A stretch of DNA of 64,000 nucleotides from an uncultured delta proteobacterium (lineage in GTDB: Bacteria > Desulfobacterota > Desulfobaccia > Desulfobaccales > 0-14-0-80-60-11): NCBI GenBank assembly GCA_963812015.1, contig CAWETI010000003.1, forward strand, positions 832,001-896,000, read 5' to 3'. The stretch's first letter is position 1. Each line of letters begins with the position of its first letter. The notes below the pieces were generated by a model. The model was not told where the DNA came from. It was given only the letters and a program-made list of their open reading frames with translations, and did no database searches. Positions 41,605 to 50,667 of the stretch are shown in pieces. Made by a program: the position numbers and the translations under genes.

Positions 41605-42363
41605 TTGTCCCAAGGGGAAGCAAATGTTTTTGGGTACCAGATTAGTGGCAGGGGGCTCGATGGCGATGTCGCACTGGCCTGCAATTTAATCACGTCAGGA
41701 CAGCATGGCCGCTATTTGGCGTGCGCCAACCCACATTCTCTGGTGATCGCTTCCCGTGACCTGGCTTTTGCTAAAGCTTTAAAGCAGTCGGATATCCTTC
41801 TCCCTGATGGGAAAGGAATATTGATAGCTGCCCGGGCTTTAGACCTGCCGATCAAACAGCAGGTTACAGGTTCAGATTTTTTCCGCGGTCTAACCACGGC
41901 ACTTTCAAAAGAAGGGGGAGCACGCTACTTTTTTTTAGGGTCTACCAACCGCGTGCTTACGCTTATAACGGAGCGGATGAGAAAGGAATTTCCCAATATC
42001 GAAGTTTGTGGAACGCTGTCGCCACCATTTAAGGTAGAATTCAGCAATGAGAATAATCGCGAAATGGTGGCGGCGGTAAATGCGGCACAGCCAGATGTTC
42101 TGTGGGTGGGCATGACGGCGCCAAAGCAGGAGAAATGGATTTGCGAAAACCGGGATAAGCTGCAGGTGCCTCTAATTGGTGCAATTGGCGCGGTATTCGA
42201 CTTCTATGCTGGAACGAAGAAGAGATCACGGGTATTTTGGCAAAGGTTGGGACTCGAATGGCTACCAAGATTTTTACGCGAACCAAAGAGGCTTTGGGAG
42301 CGGAATCTGAAATCCACTCCGATATTCTTGTATTGGATTGCCAAAAAGATGATAAGAAAATGA
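41605..42363 (+). CDS. WecB/TagA/CpsF-family glycosyltransferase (GT26)
   Basis: ANPHS, LPDG, VGMTAPKQEKW, GAVFDFYAG, LEWLPR..EPKRLW. Confidence 0.92.
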   Translation: MSQGEANVFGYQISGRGLDGDVALACNLITSGQHGRYLACANPHSLVIASRDLAFAKALKQSDILLPDGKGILIAARALDLPIKQQVTGSDFFRGLTTALSKEGGARYFFLGSTNRVLTLITERMRKEFPNIEVCGTLSPPFKVEFSNENNREMVAAVNAAQPDVLWVGMTAPKQEKWICENRDKLQVPLIGAIGAVFDFYAGTKKRSRVFWQRLGLEWLPRFLREPKRLWERNLKSTPIFLYWIAKKMIRK

Positions 42364-42571
42364 ACAAAATAGTTCGGGTAAAAATTTTTTCAATATTTTT
42401 TCGGATAAGCTCTCCCATAGCTCTCCCCCGATTTAGTTGCCAGGCCTTCGACGCCCACGAAATCAGCAACGATTTTCTTGATGGTTATTTGGCCTAAAAA
42501 CTGCTAAAAAATTATAGCATCAACGTTCCTTGCGGCAGATTGGATGGATTGGCTATTTTCAGGGAAGGGCA

Positions 42572-44038
42572 ATGATCAATATTCTCGGCCTACAATTTTC
42601 CAGATGGGCGCTAATCCTGCTTTTGGGGGATATTGTCACTTTTTGTTTAGCTATACTTGTGGGCATAATCGCGATTGCCAGATGGAACCAGGACCTCTGG
42701 TTCCATTGGAATCAATACCGAATCCCGATGGTGCTGGTGGCGCTGACCTACATTCTGATCTTCTATATTGCCAACCTTTATGACCACTACCTTGACTTCC
42801 GCCGCCGGGAAAATATTAGCCGGGTTATTTTGACCAGCCTGATGGGGACGCTGGCGGCGGTGCTCCTGTTTTGTCTGCCCTCATGGCAGATCATCCCTCG
42901 CATCTTTGTCGAGTGGCATGCAGTGGTTTTTGTTTGTCTGGCCATCTTTTGGCGGTATAGCTTTTCGGCTGTAGCGTTACCCGTAAGGCTACAAAAGAGG
43001 GTGTTGGTCCTGGGGGCTGGGAGGGCGGGACGCTGGATTGCCCAAATCATCATGCAACACCCTAATTGTGGCTTGGTGGTAATAGGTTTCATAGATGACA
43101 ACCCCCAAAAAGTGGGGGCTACCATCGACGGGCTAAAAATTCTTGGCCAATCAGGGATGCTGGACGAATTGATTAGGCAGGAAAAGGCTAGCCTAGTGGT
43201 GTTGGCCATCAGCCATGAAAAAGTTGGAGCTTTGTTAGCGAGCTTGAGCCAGGCTATTGTGCATGACTGTCAGTTAATAGATGTTCCAACCCTCAATGAG
43301 TATATAACCGGGAAAATCCCTGTGGATTATATCTCAGATGTTTGGCTTTACTTTAACAATATGGCTTATCCTAAGTTATATCATCATAAGATTAAGCGGA
43401 TGATAGATTTGATATTGTCCAGCTTGGGACTGTCAATAGCTTTGCCAATATCCATTATCATCGCTTTGGCCATCAAACTGGAAACTCCTGGGCCGATACT
43501 ATTTAAACAACGCCGAATGGGTTATAATAATAAACCTTTCCAAATCTTAAAATTCCGGACTATGATTAAGGATAATAATGAAGGAATGCCTAAATGGACA
43601 TTCCACAATGATAGTCGTATAACCAGGGTCGGTTCCTATCTGAGAAAGATCCATTTAGACGAATTACCACAGTTGATCAATATATTAAAAGGGGAGATGA
43701 GCCTGGTGGGGCCCAGAGCCGAATGGGATTTTTTTGCTCAAAAATCCCAAGAGCTGGTGCCGGAGTGGCGGCCAGGTCGCCGGGCTAAGGACCCACCAGG
43801 CTACAAAGTCATTACCCATCATAGGGAGAAAGTACGTTTCTATAGTCATCGTCTGTTAGTAAGGCCTGGCGTTACGGGCTGGGCTCAGGTGATGTTTCCC
43901 CGCGCCGGCTCTTCCATGAAAGATCTAAAAGAGAAATTGGAATATGATTTATATTATATAAAACATATGGGTGTTCTTTTGGACATTGCTATCCTCTTGA
44001 AAACTATTCGGATTGTGCTTTTCGGACACGGGAAATAA
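42572..44038 (+). CDS. Priming undecaprenyl-phosphate sugar phosphotransferase (WcaJ-like)
   Basis: 4 TM, VLGAG, KFRTM, DSRITRVG, DELPQL, GEMSLVGPR, PGVTGWAQV, DLYY. Confidence 0.93.
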   Translation: MINILGLQFSRWALILLLGDIVTFCLAILVGIIAIARWNQDLWFHWNQYRIPMVLVALTYILIFYIANLYDHYLDFRRRENISRVILTSLMGTLAAVLLFCLPSWQIIPRIFVEWHAVVFVCLAIFWRYSFSAVALPVRLQKRVLVLGAGRAGRWIAQIIMQHPNCGLVVIGFIDDNPQKVGATIDGLKILGQSGMLDELIRQEKASLVVLAISHEKVGALLASLSQAIVHDCQLIDVPTLNEYITGKIPVDYISDVWLYFNNMAYPKLYHHKIKRMIDLILSSLGLSIALPISIIIALAIKLETPGPILFKQRRMGYNNKPFQILKFRTMIKDNNEGMPKWTFHNDSRITRVGSYLRKIHLDELPQLINILKGEMSLVGPRAEWDFFAQKSQELVPEWRPGRRAKDPPGYKVITHHREKVRFYSHRLLVRPGVTGWAQVMFPRAGSSMKDLKEKLEYDLYYIKHMGVLLDIAILLKTIRIVLFGHGK

Positions 44039-44083
44039 CCAAGATAATATTAAACATCGTTTAAAGCCGCGGCAAAATAAACT

Positions 44084-45883
44084 ATGATCGAGGATTTTTC
44101 TATAATGTACAACGCATATTTTGGCTTTTTTGACTCTCCCTTCGAGAATAATCTTGACCAGAGATTTTTGTTCCTGAGCGAAGACCACCGAGAGATATTG
44201 GCAGCCCTCCTTTATTTTGCGGAAACCAAAAAGGGGTTTGCCATCGTTTGCGGCGATGTGGGTACCGGCAAGAGCATGCTGATTAATGCCTTTTTGGACA
44301 GGTTGCCGGAATCGGCCCACCCCATTATCATACTGAACCCGTTCGTTAGCTCTCTGGACATCTTAATCCATATAGCTAAAGCCTTAAAAATCAGAACCAC
44401 TGGCAATGAAAGTGTGCTGGATCTCACCGAAAAGGTAAAAAAAGCCTTAACCTCGGCGAAGCTCCAGGAGAAAAGCTTCGTCTTGATCGTCGATGAGGCC
44501 CATCTACTCTCCGATCAGGCCCTGGAAGAAATCCGGCTGCTTTTCAACATTGAAACCCCTGCCCAGAAGCTCCTGCAAATTTTGCTGGTGGGGCAGTACG
44601 AGCTCAGTCATAAACTGGATCGCCCGGAGATGCGTCATCTGCGCCAGCGTATCAATGTCAACCGCTTCTTATCCCCCTTGAATCCTGAGGAAAGCATCCA
44701 ATATGTTGACCACCGTTTAAGACAGGTGGGTTCGAGTTTTGCGGCGGTTTTCGAGGACCAATGCCGCCGCTGGATTTTTAGGCTGACCGAGGGTTGTCCC
44801 CGCCTGATTAACCAGCTGTGCGATAATGCCCTGCTCATTTGTATGACCGAGGGTCGGCGTAAGGTCAACCGCAAGGTCTTGGAAAAAGCGCATGAGGCTT
44901 GGCAAACTGACCTGGTTTTTACCCCCGAATCTTCCCGGGCCCGAACCTACCGTGGTAGGGCAGCCATCAAGCCCCTCGTGGTCGTGGCGGGCAGTGTGGT
45001 GATGGTATTGCTGGGTATTATGGCCATTAGGGGTGGGTGGGGGGTGGTTAACATTCAGAGTGTGTTCCAGAAAATCCGTGCCGCCATCCCAACCGCCTCC
45101 GAGCCCCAAGCAACCTCGGTGACGAAAAGTAAAGACCAGGGCAAACCCGAGAAGGAATCTCCTCCATTGAAGAAGCCCAGGGAACCCGAGGGAGCACCTG
45201 CAGCATCCCTTAAGCCTTCCGGGTCCGCGCCTAAAGCCGCGCCCCTGCCGGAAGGTTTTGGGCGTATGGAAATAAAAGAGCCAAGCTCCCCGGTCGAGCC
45301 GCCAGCCTTGTCCCCCCCTGGGCCAAGCGAAATGCAACCCGGAACCCCCGGGGAGCTGGAACAAGCAGTCGAGACAGCCCCTAAAAAAGCAGACCCGGCA
45401 GAGCCCCAAGGGGCCCCATCTGAGCTGGGAGGAACACCCCAACCTTCATCCGAACCCGGTCCCGCCCCTCCTGTCTTCGAACAATTAGTGGCCCGGGGAG
45501 GGGAGTCTCTTACCAGGATTGCCTCCCAGCACTACCCAAATGACCCCGGATTGGGCATCGCCGCCCTTATTCTCCAAAATCCTGGTGTTACTAAAGTAGA
45601 TGTCATAAAATCAGGAGAGGTATTGTACCTCCCCAAGATCAATTTTGAAAATCGCACGATTCAATTGAAAGATAATCTCTGGTATGCCTTTTATGGCCGT
45701 TACCCTTCGCCAGAAAGAGCCAACAAAATCGCATTTTGGTTTAACACCATGAAAATTAAATTTTTGGAAAGGGATATCAAAAGTGGAGATGGTACCACAA
45801 TCAAGCGGATTTTTATTGGTGGCTATGCCGCTGAAGAAGAACTAACCCAGGCCCTGAAAAGCTTAAGCACCAGAAAGCAATGA
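44084..45883 (+). CDS. ExeA-like AAA ATPase with TM, Pro-rich linker and LysM-like domain
   Basis: GDVGTGKS, IVDEAHLL; GESLTRIASQHY...NP...IKSGEVLYLP. Confidence 0.85.
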   Translation: MIEDFSIMYNAYFGFFDSPFENNLDQRFLFLSEDHREILAALLYFAETKKGFAIVCGDVGTGKSMLINAFLDRLPESAHPIIILNPFVSSLDILIHIAKALKIRTTGNESVLDLTEKVKKALTSAKLQEKSFVLIVDEAHLLSDQALEEIRLLFNIETPAQKLLQILLVGQYELSHKLDRPEMRHLRQRINVNRFLSPLNPEESIQYVDHRLRQVGSSFAAVFEDQCRRWIFRLTEGCPRLINQLCDNALLICMTEGRRKVNRKVLEKAHEAWQTDLVFTPESSRARTYRGRAAIKPLVVVAGSVVMVLLGIMAIRGGWGVVNIQSVFQKIRAAIPTASEPQATSVTKSKDQGKPEKESPPLKKPREPEGAPAASLKPSGSAPKAAPLPEGFGRMEIKEPSSPVEPPALSPPGPSEMQPGTPGELEQAVETAPKKADPAEPQGAPSELGGTPQPSSEPGPAPPVFEQLVARGGESLTRIASQHYPNDPGLGIAALILQNPGVTKVDVIKSGEVLYLPKINFENRTIQLKDNLWYAFYGRYPSPERANKIAFWFNTMKIKFLERDIKSGDGTTIKRIFIGGYAAEEELTQALKSLSTRKQ

Positions 45884-46597
45884 AGATTCAATTTTATTTC
45901 CCAGACAAACTGAAACGCCGGCAAAGACTCGTTTACTCTTTATTGGAGGAGCTCAAGATCGGACTAGCGGAGGAAATGACCCCTCCGGATCCCCCTGCGC
46001 CTGCTCGGATAAAGGCGGAACTTGACCCGGAAGGCACCGTGGCAGCGGCGGCCCCGGCCCCAGGCTGGGGCAATGCGACGGAGGCTTCCTTTCCTCCCCC
46101 GAGAGGCGTCGAGAAGGATTTTATAGCGGCTGCCCTTGCCAAAAAAGAGATTTCGCTCTCCCCTCCCGAGATCGTCAGGTTATCCGCTGAATCCCACGAT
46201 TATGGCCCCATTTTACTGGGTAACTCCCAAGATTGGGTCTTGGTCATCCATAACGATGGGGGGCGGGAGGGCACTATTTTAACCCTGGAGGGATTACCGG
46301 CCCAGGGCTTTAGCTTGCCCGATCCCCCCGTGCTGCTCCAGATGATTCCTCCCCAGGGGTCCCAGGCCCTGGCCATCCGTTTTGCCCCGGTTTCCGTTGG
46401 GGAAAAGGCCGCCACTTTGACCATGACGGTCTTGGTCCAGGATGAGCAGATCCTGGAAGTGCCTCTACGCGGCATGGGTATTACAACTATCCAGACGTCG
46501 GCATGAGTCTACCGCTCCCACGTTGCCAACTCTTTGGGCATGGCTTTGGTCTATATTGCTCCCGGCACTTTCAGTATGGGCAGTCCAAAAAATGAGT
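45880..46597 (+). pseudogene. Ig-like (ASH/choice-of-anchor-D-like) + FGE-sulfatase-domain gene, with in-frame TGA and truncation
   Basis: ORF to 46506; frame continues after TGA as NSLGMALVYIAPGTFSMGSP until the IS3-type end. Confidence 0.6.
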
Positions 46598-46643
46598 CAC
46601 CCCTCTAACTTAACATGTGGATCAGTTTTTGGGGGGCAGGTCA
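46598..46643 (-). repeat. 46-bp IS3-type end (right copy)
   Basis: Reverse complement of 15476-15521 with one mismatch. Confidence 0.85.
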
Positions 46644-46836
46644 CAACTCTTTGAGATTTTTCAGAGGTTTCGTTGGTTTCAGGATATATGCCAACTGGCA
46701 AGGTCCTTAGGTTTTTCAAAAGGGCTGTTGAGAAGGGAGGCTCATGTCCGCTATCCTCACTTAACTGGAAAAAGAATCTGCGGCGGTGGATGGGCCGCAG
46801 CCAGACTACCCCAATGCCGGGCACGCTGCCAAAGGA

Positions 46837-47697
46837 TTAGAAAGGGCGCAGGGTTACTTTCCAGAGAGGGGGGGTAAGCTTGGCGCGCGGTTGTGCAATT
46901 CTCCATTGGGGCAGGGGTATCTTCCATGCTAATCCCCTGGCCCCGGGGGTGTCGGGAACCTCTTCGTCCACCCCCGGACTTGAGCTGATCAGCCCAAAGT
47001 CTTTTCGAATCGTCTGCCCCGCATAGGCCTGGAGGATGGTCGCAACATAATGCCGCGTCTCTGGAAACGGGGGGCATCCCTGGTATTTAACCACATTCTC
47101 AGACCCGGCATTATATGCGGCCAGGGCCAGGCAAACATCCTGGTTAAATTGGCTAAGGCACCGTTCAAGATATTTAATCCCGCCGGCAATATTCTGCTCC
47201 ACGTCAAAGGCGTCGGATACCCCCATCAGGGCCGCGGTCCCCGGCATCAGCTGCATGAGTCCCATGGCGCCCTTAGGGGATACGGCATCGGGATTAAACC
47301 CGGACTCCTGGCGAATGACGGCCCACACCAGGTCTTCATCCACGCCATACCGCCGGGCGTATTTCTCAATCACCCTTGCCAGGTTTTGGCGTTTGACCAG
47401 GTTGACAATCTGGGCCGGCAACCGGGCAGAACGACCGGATGGCCCCCTGACCGTTGCAGACCAGGTCTCGCCGGGGTGGTTGGGCTGACTCCCCGGCTGA
47501 GGCAACTCGGCCAGGGGCGATGGACCCGCATCATCCTCTGACGCTGTTTTGGGAGCCACGGCCGCGGGATTTGCCACCCTGGCGCTCTCCCCCCCCTCTC
47601 CCGGAGGGTGCTCTCCCAGAGGGCCAGAGAAAAGACCCAGCATAAATCCGGTTAATCCAACCACCAGGGCGACCTGTAGGCCACGCATCATCACCAA
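46837..47697 (-). CDS. Lytic transglycosylase (SLT domain)
   Basis: AVIRQESGF, GAMGLMQLMP, ALAAYNAG, PFPETRHYV. Confidence 0.92.
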   Translation of the reverse strand: MVMMRGLQVALVVGLTGFMLGLFSGPLGEHPPGEGGESARVANPAAVAPKTASEDDAGPSPLAELPQPGSQPNHPGETWSATVRGPSGRSARLPAQIVNLVKRQNLARVIEKYARRYGVDEDLVWAVIRQESGFNPDAVSPKGAMGLMQLMPGTAALMGVSDAFDVEQNIAGGIKYLERCLSQFNQDVCLALAAYNAGSENVVKYQGCPPFPETRHYVATILQAYAGQTIRKDFGLISSSPGVDEEVPDTPGARGLAWKIPLPQWRIAQPRAKLTPPLWKVTLRPF

Positions 47698-47764
47698 CCC
47701 AAGCCCAACTTTTGAATAATACTATAATCCGAGATTATGCCGCATCCATAGCTATTTCTGATCC

Positions 47765-48025
47765 TCACAATATCATTGCCAGGTCGCCTATCTCCGTTAA
47801 GGGTCTGCCAATATGCTGGCTAATGGTGCGATATAGGGATTTAAGGTGCCGGGAGTTTCCAAGCGTTGTTATGCCGCGCAGTTTATGACCTGCGTCGTCG
47901 GCTTCGATATAAATGTATTCCAGGAGCCCGTCCTTGTGAAGCTTGACCGTCATCAAGACCCCTGCTTCACCGGCTCCCTCGTCTGTCACGGCCGATTGAG
48001 TGGCCAGACGGGAAGTTGCATCCAT
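47765..48025 (-). CDS. Small hypothetical protein
   Basis: ORF with natural-looking composition, co-oriented with neighbours. Confidence 0.5.
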   Translation of the reverse strand: MDATSRLATQSAVTDEGAGEAGVLMTVKLHKDGLLEYIYIEADDAGHKLRGITTLGNSRHLKSLYRTISQHIGRPLTEIGDLAMIL

Positions 48026-48111
48026 GTCAATTCTCGTAGGGGCTTTATAATACTCCCTTAATGCGGTGGGTTAATTGAGTTGAGGCAAAATAAGACCCTT
48101 ATACAAGCAAC

Positions 48112-48420
48112 TCACTCTCCATTGTCAGAATCACCTGACTGACCTCGCGCTTCAAGCCTCAGCTTCAGCTCTGCCATGTTTTCCGGCCCGGGATTTGCAA
48201 CTGGGCAGATGGGATAGAATGTGCACCAATGCCCCTCACAGTAACCAAAGCACCTCAAGGAGCAGTCAGGGTTCCCCTCCCTGATTTGCTGTTTACGAAA
48301 AGCAGACGCAAAGGCCAACCTTGCGTGAGCAGAACGTAACCCATGACTGTAACCGCTAATCCCAGGCTCTGGCTCACCCTAGACTTTATCGCACCCATGG
48401 CAAATGCATTTGTATATCAT
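48112..48420 (-). pseudogene. Cys-rich small protein with in-frame TAG at codon 14
   Basis: GGGAG RBS, MIYKCICHGCDKV*GE...QIREGNPDC...CFGYC...C..C. Confidence 0.55.
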
Positions 48421-48474
48421 GGCCGTCTCCCTCAGCCCGGATCCAGAACTAATTCGTCAACGGATTTGACCTTC

Positions 48475-48590
48475 ATACCAAGTTGCCGTCATAAAGGTAA
48501 TTCTGGTTTTATGATAGCAACCCCTGTAGGGGCGGTTCGCGAAACACCTCTACAATTCAGATTATTACACGTTTGACGGCAACTTGGTAT
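48475..48590. mobile_element. 116-bp MITE-like element with internal GTAG REP
   Basis: Perfect 17-bp IRs ATACCAAGTTGCCGTCA/TGACGGCAACTTGGTAT; REP GTAGGGGCGGTTCGCGAAACACCTCTAC at 48526-48553. Confidence 0.7.
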
Positions 48591-48646
48591 CAGAGAAACT
48601 CTCGGACCCCACCGCTTTTTTGAGATTCCCCCCTCAGCCATTATTG

Positions 48647-48690
48647 AAAAAAAAAGCCGCATTGCCTGTCCTCATCAAGGCAACCCGGCT
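48647..48690 (-). terminator. Intrinsic terminator / expression platform of riboswitch
   Basis: GCCGGGTTGCCT...AGGCAATGCGGC followed by T9; overlaps aptamer 3' end. Confidence 0.7.
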
Positions 48691-48755
48691 ATCTCTTCAA
48701 TGAGACCCGCGGCTTTCCGTCCCCGCCTCGCGACGGGTTTGGCTTTGTCTGCTAC
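48677..48755 (-). ncRNA. c-di-GMP-I (GEMM-I) riboswitch
   Basis: AAAGCCAAACCCGTC-GCGA-GGCGGGGACGGAAAGCCGCGGGTCTC...GAGATAGCCGGGTTGCC. Confidence 0.88.
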
Positions 48756-48874
48756 CGACAATTAATGCAAAAATTATGCTACCGGCTTACCCTAAAATAT
48801 CAATAAATGATTTTGTTAATTAAGTTACGCCGTTTATTTATTTATCAATCTGAATATACCATTTAATTTATATG

Positions 48875-49850
48875 CTTATTGCTTTTGCTCCGGTCCATAT
48901 GCTATAATTAACTAGAATAAATAGCAAATTTGAGCAAAATCATGCAACAGAAAACTCTCAGTCTGCTGCAATTTCAGAAAAAGTTTGGTACTGGGAAAGC
49001 CTGTCAGAAACAATTGTTTCGGTTGCGTTGGCCCGAAGGCTTCAAGTGCCCTCGCTGTGGTCAAGCGGAAGCTTATTTTCACAGTAAGCGCCACTTATAT
49101 CAGTGCAAATCCTGCGGTTACCAAGCTTCATTGACCGCAGGCACAGTGTTTCACAAGACCAGAACCCCCTTAACCAAATGGTTTTGGCTGATCTGGCTGA
49201 TGGGACGCCAGAAAAGCGGCATCTCCATGCTGTCGATGCAACGGATGTTGGAGATCAAGACCTACAAAACCGTGTGGACCATGGGCCACAAGATTCGCAA
49301 AGCCCTGGCCGACCGGGATGCTAATTATAAACTCGCCGGCTTAATTGAGATGGACGACACTTACTTCGGGGCTCCCAAGACCGGGAAGCGCGGCCGCGGC
49401 GCCGCCGGCAAGGCCAAAGTGGTAGTGGCGGTGGAAACCCCGAAAAATAAGCCCAGATTTGCCGTTATGCACATCGTCCCGAGAGTCAGCGCCCAGGAGA
49501 TTCAGGCCCTGGTAAGGGAGCGTCTGGTGGAAGAAGTGGTGGTCAAAACCGACGGTTGGCAAGGATATAGCTTTCTGGATGCTTTGCCCTACCGCCATGA
49601 GTGGCTCGTTCCCGGTTCGGGGAAAGAAGCGCCGAAGGTCCTGCCCTGGGTCCACACCTTGATCGCCAATATCAAAGGCAATATCCGCGGGGTCCATCAC
49701 GGCGTCAGCCAAAAGCATCTGCCCCGTTACCTGGCGGAATTCTGTTACCGCTTCAACCGGCGCTTCTGGGAACCGCAAATGTTTAACCGCATGCTTCATG
49801 CTTGCGTGAATACCTCGGGCATTACATTCTCGGAGCTAAGGCAATAAGCG
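48875..49850 (+). mobile_element. IS1595-family element, intact transposase 48930-49847
   Basis: Zn ribbon CPRC/CKSC, IEMDD, KTDG, YLAEFCYRFNRR; IRs GCTTATTGC.TT.GCTCCG. Confidence 0.9.
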
Positions 49851-49857
49851 TATTAAT

Positions 49858-50007
49858 TTATTAAAGATAAACCCTGATCAACAAAATTTCCCCCACCAAG
49901 CCAAAAAAGATAAATAGGGTGCCTGGCCCTGATTGTTTGCTAATCTGAACATACAGTTTATTTTATTAAACATAAATCCTGATCAACAAAATGTCCCCTC
50001 CTAGCCA
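49858..50007. repeat. Two ~45-bp direct repeats, 105-bp period
   Basis: TTATTAAA.ATAAA.CCTGATCAACAAAAT.TCCCC...AGCCA twice. Confidence 0.7.
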
Positions 50008-50281
50008 CTTGACCAGGGAGATCAAGGAGTTCTTGGTCCCTCGAAGATTGATATATGTCAGAGAGGAGAAAGTGTGTCTCGGTTTGAACAACCAGAGATA
50101 GGAAAAGAACAGGCCAGTGTGGTAGATTTTATTCCCGTAAGATTGTTAGGTACTGCTTCTATAATCAGAACATTTATCACAGAGCCAAAAACCTTCCATA
50201 TCCAGTTAATATCAATCATTTTTCCCACCCAAGCGATAATTAACGATCCTGGCAAGTAATTAATTACTTTCAATCGGCCAC

Positions 50282-50311
50282 AAAAAAGGCAGGGCCATGG
50301 CTGACCCTGCC
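50282..50311 (-). terminator. Intrinsic terminator after tRNA-Cys
   Basis: GGCAGGGTCA-gcca-TGGCCCTGCC-TTTTTT. Confidence 0.8.
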
Positions 50312-50329
50312 AGTTTTATACTTCTTAAA

Positions 50330-50404
50330 TGGAGGCGGCATCCGGAGTCGAACCGGATAAATACGGCCTTGCAAACCGTCGCCTTGCCTCTTGGCTATGC
50401 CGCC
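50330..50404 (-). tRNA. tRNA-Cys(GCA)
   Basis: GGCGGCA/TGCCGCC acceptor, anticodon loop TTGCAAG, TCCGG-TTCGACT-CCGGA, U73, CCA. Confidence 0.9.
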
Positions 50405-50476
50405 CCATAAAGCGGAAAATCTAAAGACCCGTGGCTTTTCGTCCCCGCCTCACAGCGCGTTTGGCTTTTTCTGTAG
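50405..50476 (-). ncRNA. GEMM-I-like (degenerate or overlapping) aptamer forming the 5' leader of tRNA-Cys
   Basis: AAAGCCAAACGCGCT-GTGA-GGCGGGGACGAAAAGCCACGGGTCT, colinear with 48677-48755. Confidence 0.65.
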
Positions 50477-50481
50477 GATGC

Positions 50482-50510
50482 ATTATAGCATGATGGCAGT
50501 TTCCCGTCAA
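50482..50510 (-). promoter_or_regulatory. Near-consensus sigma70 promoter for the GEMM-tRNA unit
   Basis: TTGACG-17bp-TATAAT with extended TGn. Confidence 0.8.
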
Positions 50511-50667
50511 GTTCTTTTGGTGAGAACGTAAATTTTTCCCAAGAGATTGTGAGCGGCACATGACGACTCCACCTTGAACAGGGAGGAGCTCCCTTAAGCT
50601 GATCGGTGTCCCCCCATAACTTTCAGATGAAAGTTAATGGGGAAAAATCTCCTGGGCCTGGGGACCG

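Noticed and set aside
46504..46506. Selenocysteine recoding of the in-frame TGA
   Set aside because: No SECIS-like hairpin recognised, non-redox context, gene truncated anyway
48766..48782. sigma54 promoter for the riboswitch (TAGCAT-N5-TTGCA)
   Set aside because: Invariant -24 GG is AG; possible but unsupported
50330..50404. tRNA-Cys as attR or second integration site
   Set aside because: Full-length with its own promoter and terminator, unrelated to tRNA-Val, no adjacent integrase or partial duplicate seen
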